DNA from: Chromatiaceae bacterium
Lineage (GTDB): Bacteria; Pseudomonadota; Gammaproteobacteria; Chromatiales; Chromatiaceae
Direction: 5' to 3'
Length of the DNA stretch: 64,000 bases
Assembly: GCA_044228695.1 (NCBI GenBank)
Contig: JBGAUK010000003.1
Coordinates: 27,380 to 91,379, forward strand
Shown: positions 12,204-20,169 of the stretch, one piece after another
Position numbering within the stretch: the stretch's first letter is position 1
How the letters are laid out: the number at the start of each line of letters is the position of its first letter
The notes under the pieces: model-generated
The model's input: the letters and a program-made list of their open reading frames with translations, nothing else
Told to the model about the DNA's origin: nothing
The model's database searches: none
Position numbers and translations under genes: made by a program

Positions 12204-13007
12204 ATGAATAACCAAGAATCGATACCTATGGCGCCCGAACTGCTGTTGGCCCAGCGACCACTCCCAGCATCCTTGCCCTCAAAAATGATCAGCATGGCGC
12301 TATGCCTGTGCCTGGGTCTCTTGGGTGCCGGTTGCGTCCCGAGCCTGGCAACGAAGACGGACAATCTCGCTCAGATGCCCAACCCGATGCTCCATGCAAA
12401 CTATTCTGAAGACGCAGAGGTCCCGTTCGTTATGGAACCAAAATCGGCTATGGCCGGTGGTTCCAGGCAGGTGGACTTTGGGTCAGAGAGTGCATCGCGC
12501 AAGACACGGGATATGGCGGATTGGGTTGTCAGTTCAAGGGACAATCTCAATAAGCCGTTTGCGATTGTCGATAAAGTAAACGCCAAGGTCTATGTGTTCA
12601 GCGTGGACGGAAAGTTACACGGAGCAGCGCCCGTGCTGCTTGGACTGGGGAAAGGTGATGACGTAGCCCCTGGCATTGCTAACATGCGGATGGGTCTTAT
12701 CCCCGCCGCGCAGCGTACGACGCCGGCGGGTCGTTTCGAGGTGGCAATGGGCCGCAATTCCCATGGCAAGGAAATACTCTGGGTGGACTACAAAAATGCC
12801 ATATCGATGCATCCGGTTGTTACGAATAACCCCAAAGAGCGCCGGGCGGAACGCTTGGGCACCCCAACACCACTTGATAACCGTATTTCGTTTGGCTGCA
12901 TCAATGTTCCGGTGGAATTCTTCAAGAACGTGATACATGACAAGTTTTCCGGGACAGCCGGAATTGTTTATGTATTGCCGGAAACAAAACGTGGTGGAAA
13001 ATCATAA
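12204..13007 (+). CDS. L,D-transpeptidase-like (YkuD-type) lipoprotein
   Basis: The lipobox is LLGAGC. The C-terminal part reads ISMHPVV...DNRISFGCINVP, which fits the His...(S/T)xGC(I/V) catalytic signature of YkuD domains. The gene is AT-richer than the flanks. The start is uncertain, with alternative Met at codons 9, 28 and 31. Confidence 0.75.
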   Translation: MNNQESIPMAPELLLAQRPLPASLPSKMISMALCLCLGLLGAGCVPSLATKTDNLAQMPNPMLHANYSEDAEVPFVMEPKSAMAGGSRQVDFGSESASRKTRDMADWVVSSRDNLNKPFAIVDKVNAKVYVFSVDGKLHGAAPVLLGLGKGDDVAPGIANMRMGLIPAAQRTTPAGRFEVAMGRNSHGKEILWVDYKNAISMHPVVTNNPKERRAERLGTPTPLDNRISFGCINVPVEFFKNVIHDKFSGTAGIVYVLPETKRGGKS

Positions 13008-13077
13008 TCCGGAATACACGAAATAGATTAGTCACCTAAATTCCACCTTGAAGCGCTTCCCCCTGACTACCTACTAC

Positions 13078-13875
13078 CTACTGAAAGGAAAATGCCGGTG
13101 GCCCCAAGGGGCCAAGCGGCAGTGTGTTACATAGTTCGGAGATTGAGTCCGGGGTGGAATTTATAGGTTTAAATGGTTGTTCCCATGCCTTTTTCTCGTC
13201 GATCCAGCTCTGCAAGGGCATGACCATTGGCAGGTGGCCGTTCGGGCGATACCATGAGTCAACGCTCCAGGGAAGACCACTTTCTGTATCGATGATTACA
13301 GCCGTCCAGTGAACCGCGGTGATGTCGAAAAGATTGCGCACTTTGGGCGATGAGACTGTCCACCCGGCCAGTTCCCCAATATCCCGGAGAATATGCAGAT
13401 AAGTGGTGGTATTGCTGGCGTTATCGATGCAATCCATCCGCCCCTCAACTTCCGCCTCAAAATCGTTGATGGCAAGATCGTTGGCCAACAAGGGCTGAAA
13501 CTTTTGTGCCAGCAATTCCATTTGCCAAATGCCGATACGCACGTGCTGTAATCTATCGTGGAGACTTGTGCCCATACAGAGCGACATATGCCCTTTTAGA
13601 AGGGCCATATCGTTGAGAGTGAAGGTCATGGTTTGTCTGCGCGCACACGACCAGTTAAAGCAGATTCGTAGCGTTACGGACCCGTCCTGGTCGATCACGT
13701 ACTCTGGTGGAAGTGGCATCGAAACTGATGATCCCTCAGCGTCATCAAAAATCGGCTGTGACGAGGAGGCACCAACCAACCCAAAATGGCTGACGAATAT
13801 AATGAAAAATCCGATTACAGCGGGCCGGAAAAGCATAAAAGTTACTACGGTGGGGCGATAGGCTTGTGCTAACAT
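13078..13875 (-). CDS. Exported hypothetical protein with a Cys/His/Asp arrangement reminiscent of transglutaminase-like cysteine peptidases
   Basis: 265-aa ORF with a hydrophobic N-terminus, MLFRPAVIGFFIIFVSHFGLVGA. It contains MDCIDNASNTTTYLHIL followed by HWTAVIIDTESGLPWSVDSWY. The fold assignment is inference only. Confidence 0.6.
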   Translation of the reverse strand: MLAQAYRPTVVTFMLFRPAVIGFFIIFVSHFGLVGASSSQPIFDDAEGSSVSMPLPPEYVIDQDGSVTLRICFNWSCARRQTMTFTLNDMALLKGHMSLCMGTSLHDRLQHVRIGIWQMELLAQKFQPLLANDLAINDFEAEVEGRMDCIDNASNTTTYLHILRDIGELAGWTVSSPKVRNLFDITAVHWTAVIIDTESGLPWSVDSWYRPNGHLPMVMPLQSWIDEKKAWEQPFKPINSTPDSISELCNTLPLGPLGPPAFSFQ

Positions 13876-14092
13876 GAAGCGTGAAGGGCATTTATTTTAA
13901 TGCGCTTCCCTTACCTCTACTTACGCAAGAAGGGATATTACCTAGCGGCTGAGGGTGTAGCGCTCAGTCACTGCTCTGGCAGAAGAAATTACTGCCCAGT
14001 CTATCGTGCATGACCCATTGATGCAGAATCGGTACGCTAGTACTGCACTCTAGGTACTGGCCACTTCACCCGGGATCCCACCCATGATCTTT

Positions 14093-14130
14093 GCCGTCAA
14101 CTTGAAATTTCCATATTTCAAATTGACGGC
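14093..14130 (-). terminator. 16-bp imperfect inverted repeat (one mismatch) with a 6-nt loop, just downstream of the small lipoprotein ORF
   Basis: GCCGTCAACTTGAAAT (14093-14108), loop TTCCAT, ATTTCAAATTGACGGC (14115-14130). There is no clear U-tract. Confidence 0.35.
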
Positions 14131-14155
14131 AAATACTATCGAAACCGAGAAGTTA

Positions 14156-14302
14156 TTAATTGCGATCTGTTTTTGGCTCATACATCGGAGCTGGGGCTGC
14201 GGCGGCTGGCGCCGGCTCATGCTTCGAGGCGGTGCTACAAGCCGTAAGCAACAGCACCATAGCAATGGAGCTAATAAGGGCAAGTGTAGATGTGTTTTTC
14301 AT
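14156..14302 (-). CDS. Small lipoprotein (48 aa), not in the ORF track because it is under 60 aa
   Basis: My own translation: MKNTSTLALISSIAMVLLLTACSTASKHEPAPAAAAPAPMYEPKTDRN-TAA. It has a textbook signal peptide with lipobox LLTAC, an AGGTAA-like SD upstream and a hairpin downstream. Confidence 0.55.
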   Translation of the reverse strand: MKNTSTLALISSIAMVLLLTACSTASKHEPAPAAAAPAPMYEPKTDRN

Positions 14303-14578
14303 TTGTCGTTACCTATTTAGAGTTGATTTTAGAAATTCACGCCATTGAAGTACGACAGGTGATGTCGATACTTAGTTCCTAGTATAACCCACACAGAGCC
14401 GTTTGTATGTACGCTACCCAACATCTCCTACCTGGCTGTACAAGTTGACCAGCCCAGGAAAAAAGTTATCCTGATGCACACAAGCGGGATCGGTTCACGG
14501 AAGGATGGGTAGCGCTGCCAGAGCAGGCCGACCATCATCCGCGAAGTCGGGGCCTTCCTCAGGCACTGAACTGTTAGA

Positions 14579-14599
14579 CCTGGCACTTGAAGTGCCAGG
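14579..14599 (-). terminator. Perfect 9-bp stem / 3-nt loop hairpin 30 nt downstream of the 14630..15208 gene
   Basis: CCTGGCACT tga AGTGCCAGG, read directly. There is no U-tract. Confidence 0.35.
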
Positions 14600-14629
14600 T
14601 GGCGCACCCGCTTCCATCCCTCAGCCTGA

Positions 14630-15208
14630 CTATTCAAATCTAAGGGTATCGTCCAGATTATTCTTTGGTGCTTTTTTCATAAAAACAGGCGATCTTGCCT
14701 TATCAAAATCCACCTCTTCCAGATTCGACTGATATTCATTATCATTTCCAGAAAAAAGGCTCACTACTATTTTGTCGGATTGGTAAGCCATCACTGAAAT
14801 ACCGCTCCCCATTCCCGTTGCCTCGGCCACATAATAATTAAAATCCCCACTAGTAAACGAAAATATATTTTCGCCTGTTTTTGGAGTGGTAGAACGGTTA
14901 TATATGCCAAACCTGGCATTGCTTGTAGCCACCTGTTCCATTTCCACGTTGCCGATAGTTCCAAATCGATAAACAAATTTACTGAATGGCTCCTTCGGCT
15001 TGTCGGCACACAAGGATACAATCTTGCCGGTCTGCTTCAAATTATATCCCTTTCCCTGCTTTTCAAACTTCCCTAGCCTGGCATTCAAAAATGCAAACTC
15101 TCCCGTCTGACATAAAGTTGGAAAATCAGAACTCATCTGTGCCCAGGTGGACGATTGGAAACTCAACCCAAATGCAACGAAGAGTAATGAAGTGTATATT
15201 TTTTTCAT
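14630..15208 (-). CDS. Secreted hypothetical protein (192 aa)
   Basis: The Sec signal peptide is MKKIYTSLLFVAFGLSFQSSTWAQ. The gene is AT-richer than the flanks and shows no motif I recognise. Confidence 0.65.
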   Translation of the reverse strand: MKKIYTSLLFVAFGLSFQSSTWAQMSSDFPTLCQTGEFAFLNARLGKFEKQGKGYNLKQTGKIVSLCADKPKEPFSKFVYRFGTIGNVEMEQVATSNARFGIYNRSTTPKTGENIFSFTSGDFNYYVAEATGMGSGISVMAYQSDKIVVSLFSGNDNEYQSNLEEVDFDKARSPVFMKKAPKNNLDDTLRFE

Positions 15209-15440
15209 GTTTAGCTCATCATCACGATCGAAGAAGGGGGCTTGATATCACCCCTCGGAGCCCGTCAGGCTTGTGCCATGCGAAAGGCGGCCTGAGTTTG
15301 CAAAACCGTGTCCAGAAAATTCTAGCAGGTACAGGTAAATGCGATGCAGAACGATTTTATTTTTGAGGAAATGCGTAGAAACGAGTAAATCCTCGCTGCC
15401 AGTTATTAGTTACTGATGTTCAGGTACCGGAGCAATTAAC

Positions 15441-16244
15441 TTGTCTGATTCCGAACCAACCGAACTGCCCGAAACCGAGACGATCTGCCCCAAATGTGGG
15501 GCACTCCAAATCGCGGATGCCAAAATCTGCGCGGCTTGCGGCATCGTGTTCGAGAAATATTGGAAATATCATCCCCGGCCGGGCATCGATCCCGCGACCT
15601 GGACCCCACCGAACCAGGTTGTCGGACCGCAACCCACCCGGCCTCGGTCCGAGGGCACGCCAACCGAGGGGTTGATGGCCCTCCTGCTGCCCCGCCAACC
15701 CGAACTCGTTGGGCTGGGTTGGTGGGCGCGCGCCGCCCTCTTGCTCATCCTGCTGATCTGGGGGCTGCGCCTCATGGCCCTGTCACCGGCCAGCAATGGC
15801 GCCGGCCAGTCCTTCCTGCATTTGGTCAATCTGCCCTTCCATGAGGCCGGTCACCTCTTGTTCCGGCCCTTCGGGTCCTTCATGACCTCTCTGGGCGGCA
15901 CCCTGGGCCAGTTGCTCATGCCCCTGATCTGCGCCGGTACCCTGCTGTTGAAGACCCGCGATCCCTTTGGCGCCACGGTGGCCTGCTGGTGGTTTGGGCA
16001 GAATTTCGTGGATATCGCCCCCTACATCAACGACGCTCGGGCCGGTGATTTGCCCCTGCTGGGAGGGAATTTCGGTCACTCCTCGCCCTATGGCTTCCAC
16101 GACTGGGAATATCTTTTGACCGAGTCGGGGCTTCTCCACCTCGATCGTCACATAGCCTGGCTCAGTCATGGCCTGGGGGCGGTCCTCATGCTCCTGGCCC
16201 TGGCCTGGGGCGCCACCCTGCTGTTTCGTCAACGCCGCCCTTGA
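15441..16244 (+). CDS. Membrane protein with an N-terminal zinc ribbon and an HExxH motif in a hydrophobic segment (putative intramembrane metallopeptidase-like)
   Basis: The zinc ribbon is CPKCGALQIADAKICAACG (CxxC...CxxC). This is followed by several hydrophobic helices and LPFHEAGHLLF. GC3 is high. Confidence 0.75.
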   Translation: MSDSEPTELPETETICPKCGALQIADAKICAACGIVFEKYWKYHPRPGIDPATWTPPNQVVGPQPTRPRSEGTPTEGLMALLLPRQPELVGLGWWARAALLLILLIWGLRLMALSPASNGAGQSFLHLVNLPFHEAGHLLFRPFGSFMTSLGGTLGQLLMPLICAGTLLLKTRDPFGATVACWWFGQNFVDIAPYINDARAGDLPLLGGNFGHSSPYGFHDWEYLLTESGLLHLDRHIAWLSHGLGAVLMLLALAWGATLLFRQRRP

Positions 16245-16258
16245 GGTCGGGGTGCCCC

Positions 16259-17242
16259 TCAGAAGAGCCGTTGCGCCGCCTGGGTCAGGGAGGAGAGCAG
16301 CCGCTCAAGGGGTTTCTTGTGGGCGGTATAGCTGACTTGGTAAAGATCGGTGGTGGCGGCGGCCTCCAGCAGGAAGTCGTCACTGGTCTGGATCGCGTCG
16401 ATCAGCCCCAGCGCCAAGGCCTGGCGGCCATGCCAGTATTCGCCCGTGGCGACCTGGGCCAGGTCCAGGTTGGGCCGGTATTCCAGGATAAAGTCCTTGA
16501 AGAGGCCATGCGTCTCTTCCAGTTGCTCACGCAGCTTCTCCCGGCCCGCCTCGGTGTTCTCGCCGAAGAGGGTGAGAGTGCGCTTGTAATCGCCGGCGGT
16601 GTGGAGTTCGAAATCTACCCCGTGCCGCTCCAGCACCCGGTGGAAGTTGGGCAACTGGGCGACCACGCCAATGGACCCCAGGATGGCGAAGGGGGCGGCG
16701 ATAATGTGGTCGGCGACCGCCGCCATGAGGTAGCCGCCGCTGGCGGCCACCTTGTCCACCGCCACGGTCAGGGGGATGCCCCGCGCCCGTAGCCGCGTCA
16801 ATTGGGAGGCGGCCAGACCGTGTTCGGTCACCAGGCCGCCGGCATTTTCCAGCCTGATCAGGACCCCGTCGTCCTCCTTGGCCTCCCGGAGGATGGCCGT
16901 GATGGCCTGACGCAGCGCGGCGGAGGCCGTGGCCTTGATATCGCCCTGAAAGTCGATGACAAAGAGTCGATGGCGAGCTTCCGCCACCTGCTCCCGCGCC
17001 TTATCGGCCTTGCGATCCGCCTTGAGGGATTTCCGGAAGACCTTTTTGGGAGTGGAGGCCTGGCGGAGGGTATGGGCCAGATGACGATAGTGGTCGTTGA
17101 GGCTAGTGACTTCCAGATGGTCGCCCTCTAGGTGGCCCGTCTTGCGGGCGCGGACAATCCCGACCAGCAACAGGCCAATGCTCAGCAGAATGGTCAGGGT
17201 CTTGGCCAGAAAGAGGCCGTAGTCGATGAGGGCTTGAGTCAC
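16259..17242 (-). CDS. sohB: Inner-membrane peptidase SohB (peptidase S49 family)
   Basis: An N-terminal TM segment is followed by the S49 core VAASGGYLMAAVADHIIAAPFAILGSIGVVAQLPNF. Confidence 0.88.
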   Translation of the reverse strand: MTQALIDYGLFLAKTLTILLSIGLLLVGIVRARKTGHLEGDHLEVTSLNDHYRHLAHTLRQASTPKKVFRKSLKADRKADKAREQVAEARHRLFVIDFQGDIKATASAALRQAITAILREAKEDDGVLIRLENAGGLVTEHGLAASQLTRLRARGIPLTVAVDKVAASGGYLMAAVADHIIAAPFAILGSIGVVAQLPNFHRVLERHGVDFELHTAGDYKRTLTLFGENTEAGREKLREQLEETHGLFKDFILEYRPNLDLAQVATGEYWHGRQALALGLIDAIQTSDDFLLEAAATTDLYQVSYTAHKKPLERLLSSLTQAAQRLF

Positions 17243-17268
17243 GCGGACGGGTTCTCCCAGGGTAGGGG

Positions 17269-18108
17269 CTAGATGGCGATGGGGGCGCGGATGGCGGGAT
17301 GGGGGTCGTAGCCGGTGAACTCGAAATCCTCGAATTCGTAGTCGAACAGGCTGGGCGGGCGCCGCTTGATCACCAGTTGGGGCCTGGGCCTGGGTTCCCG
17401 GGCGAGCTGGGCCAAAACAATCTCTGGCGTGAGGTGATTGCGGTAGAGGTGCAGATCGCCAAAGGTATGAACGAAATCACCCAATTCCAGGTCGCTTTGC
17501 TGCGCCAGCATGTGGGTCAGCAAGGCATAGCTGGCGATATTAAAGGGCACCCCCAGAAAGAGATCGGCGCTGCGCTGATAAAGCTGGCAAGAAAGGCGCC
17601 CCGCCTGGACAAAAAACTGGAAGAGGCAATGACAAGGGGCCAGGGCCATGCGCCCCTGGCGAGCGTTTTCGCGGGGCGAGAGCCCCTCTAGGGGCAGGTC
17701 CGCCGGGTTCCAGGCCGAGACCACCAGGCGGCGCGAATCCGGATTGGCGCGGATGGCCGCCAGGACCTGGGAGATCTGGTCGAGGGTGGAGCCATCCGGG
17801 CAGGCCCAACTTCGCCATTGCCGGCCATAAATGGGGCCGAGATCGCCCTCCTCCGTCGCCCACTCGTCCCAGATGCCAACCCCGCGCGCCTTGAGCCAGT
17901 GGTTATCGGTGGAGCCTTGCAGAAACCAGAGCAGCTCGTGGATGACACTCTTGAGGTGGATCTTTTTGGTGGTGACCAGGGGAAAACCCTGGGCCAGGTC
18001 GAAACGGATCTGGCGGCCGAAGACGGCGCGGGTGCCGACGCCGGTACGATCCGCGCGATCAACGCCTTGGTCCATGACGTCCCGGAGGAGGTCGAGATAC
18101 TCCCTCAT
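17269..18108 (-). CDS. thyA: Thymidylate synthase
   Basis: [31 protein letters not shown] plus the catalytic-Cys region [12 protein letters not shown]. The track ORF begins 3 codons earlier, at 18117. Confidence 0.96.
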   Translation of the reverse strand: MREYLDLLRDVMDQGVDRADRTGVGTRAVFGRQIRFDLAQGFPLVTTKKIHLKSVIHELLWFLQGSTDNHWLKARGVGIWDEWATEEGDLGPIYGRQWRSWACPDGSTLDQISQVLAAIRANPDSRRLVVSAWNPADLPLEGLSPRENARQGRMALAPCHCLFQFFVQAGRLSCQLYQRSADLFLGVPFNIASYALLTHMLAQQSDLELGDFVHTFGDLHLYRNHLTPEIVLAQLAREPRPRPQLVIKRRPPSLFDYEFEDFEFTGYDPHPAIRAPIAI

Positions 18109-18229
18109 CGGCCCCACCCGCCGGAATGGAAGCTTGCGCGGCCAGGGCCACCGCAGTCACCCCCGGGGCCGCCCAAACCCCCGCCCCTAATCGTCGTGAC
18201 CCCGGCTTGGGTCAACCCGCCCCCGCCCA

Positions 18230-19774
18230 TCAATTGCGCGCCGGAGACAGCAGCAGCGAGTGGCCCTGCATGGCCGCCGGCTTGGGCAGCCCCATGAGGG
18301 CCAGCACGGTCGGGGCGATGGCGTCCAGGCCGGCGCCAATGCTCAGATTCCAGGGCACCGGGTCGATCACCAGGCAGGGCACCGGGTAGAGGGTGTGCTG
18401 GGTGTGGGGCGTTTGCGTCACCGGGTCAACCATCTCGTCGCAATTGCCGTGATCGGCGGTGAGGATGATGGCATAGCCCGCCGCTACCGCCGCATCCAGG
18501 ACCCGCCCGACCTCCCGGTCCAGGGCCTCCACTGCCGCGATGACAGCCTCCCGCACCGCGGTATGCCCGACCATGTCGCCATTGGCGAAGTTGACGACGA
18601 TGAAGGGATATTCCTGGCGCCCCAAGGCCTCGACCACGGCGGTGGCCACCTCGGGGGCGCTCATCTCCGGCTTGAGATCGTAGGTGTCCACCCGGGGCGA
18701 GGGGATCAGGTATTGGTCCTCGCCGGGCAGGGGCTCGCTTTGGCCGCCATTGAAGTAGAAGGTGACATGGGGGTATTTCTCGGTCTCGGCGCAATGAAAC
18801 TGGCGGATGCCCGCGTCGCTCAGGATCTTGCCCAGGGTGACGCCCGGTGACTCGTGATCGAAGGCAATAGGCATCTCATAGGTCTGGTCGTAGCGCATCA
18901 TGCAGGTCACCTCGACCGGCCTGAAGGCACCCCGATCGAAGTACGTGAAATCCGACTGGAGAAAGGCGCTCAAGGTTTGGCGGGGCCGGTCCTTGCGGAA
19001 GTTAAAGGAGAGCAGACAATCCCCCGCCTCGATCCGGGGCCCCCGAGCGACGCGGGTGGGTAGGATGAATTCATCGTCCTGCCCCGCGGCATAGGACTGC
19101 TCGATGGCCGCCCGTGCCGAATCCGCCTGCTCGCCCAGACCCTCCACCAGGCAGCGCCAAGCCTTTTCGGTACGATCCCAACGGTTGTCGCGGTCCATGG
19201 CGTAGTAACGGCCGGAGACACTGGCGATAGTGCCACCGGCGGCGGCCAGGGCCTGCTCGACCTCCGCCAGATAGCCCAGGGCGGAGCGCGGGGGGGTATC
19301 CCGGCCATCGGTGATCATATGGACGGCCGGAATGGCGCCCTGCTGGCGGCACAGCTCGATGAGAGCGACCAGATGGTTGACATGGCTATGGATGCCACCG
19401 TCGGAGACCAGGCCCAGCAGGTGCAAGGGCCGGCCCAAGGCGGCGGCGCGGCGCGCGGCGGCGGTCAGGGCGGGATTGTGAAAAAAGGAGCCGTCCGCGA
19501 TGGCGTCGTCGATCAGCACCAGGTCCTGGCGAATGACACAGCCGGAGCCCAGGGTGATGTGCCCCACCTCGGAGTTGCCCATCTGGCCGTCCGGCAGACC
19601 CACGGCCCGGCCCGAGGCCTGCAAGGTGGTGTGCGGGTTGAAGGCGAAGTAACGATCGAGTTGGGGTGTGCGCGCCAGGGCGACGGCGTTGTTGGCCTTG
19701 GCGGGGTTGACCCCGAAGCCGTCGAGAATGACGAGCAGGACGGGTCGGCGCGGTACATTGGGCCAGTCGGCCAT
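18230..19774 (-). CDS. gpmI: 2,3-bisphosphoglycerate-independent phosphoglycerate mutase
   Basis: 514 aa, with PVLLVILDGFG, SDGGIHSH and LTADHGNCDEM. Confidence 0.96.
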   Translation of the reverse strand: MADWPNVPRRPVLLVILDGFGVNPAKANNAVALARTPQLDRYFAFNPHTTLQASGRAVGLPDGQMGNSEVGHITLGSGCVIRQDLVLIDDAIADGSFFHNPALTAAARRAAALGRPLHLLGLVSDGGIHSHVNHLVALIELCRQQGAIPAVHMITDGRDTPPRSALGYLAEVEQALAAAGGTIASVSGRYYAMDRDNRWDRTEKAWRCLVEGLGEQADSARAAIEQSYAAGQDDEFILPTRVARGPRIEAGDCLLSFNFRKDRPRQTLSAFLQSDFTYFDRGAFRPVEVTCMMRYDQTYEMPIAFDHESPGVTLGKILSDAGIRQFHCAETEKYPHVTFYFNGGQSEPLPGEDQYLIPSPRVDTYDLKPEMSAPEVATAVVEALGRQEYPFIVVNFANGDMVGHTAVREAVIAAVEALDREVGRVLDAAVAAGYAIILTADHGNCDEMVDPVTQTPHTQHTLYPVPCLVIDPVPWNLSIGAGLDAIAPTVLALMGLPKPAAMQGHSLLLSPARN

Positions 19775-19910
19775 ATCCGTGACTCCAGGTGGGGATTGGG
19801 TGGGACCATGACAGGTATCTGCCCCGGGCCCGAAAGGGGGGTTAGTTTATACCCCTCGCCCCCCGGATTCCTGGCCCGATGATCTGGCCGGGCTGGAGCG
19901 ACTGCTTCCT

Positions 19911-19948
19911 CGGCCTGGAGCTCATAAAGACCAGGCCGTTACTTTTTT
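19911..19948 (+). terminator. Rho-independent-terminator-like hairpin with a T-tract, on the plus strand, with no plus-strand gene upstream
   Basis: CGGCCTGG (19911-19918), 12-nt loop, CCAGGCCG (19931-19938), then TTAC and TTTTTT (19943-19948). Confidence 0.5.
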
Positions 19949-20169
19949 GAAATCTATCCGGCCTGCCGCCCCCAAGACCGAGCAAATTGGTGAGTTTTCG
20001 TCGCCGCCGATCTGGTGGACAATAAGCTAATACAGGATGCGGCGATATGCGCGCCTTGCGCCCGGCCCGGCGGGCCAGGGCAGGCAACATTTTCGACGTC
20101 CCCTTACACCGCGGTTCACCGCGCCCCAGGATGTAGCCCCGCGTCGCAACGGGGTATGAGGAGGCAAAC

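Noticed and set aside
13050-13925. Similar sequences flanking the 13078..13875 gene: GCGCTTCCCCCTGACTACCTACTAC at about 13051 and GCGCTTCCCTTACCTCTACTTAC at about 13903.
   Set aside because: Only 9 nt are identical and the remainder aligns poorly. This is too weak to call direct repeats or an insertion scar.
14303-14629. Track ORFs 14428..14637 (-) and 14505..14732 (+) in the spacer between the small lipoprotein and the secreted protein gene.
   Set aside because: They overlap the neighbouring gene end and the terminator hairpin. They have no signal peptide, SD or motifs and are probably non-coding.
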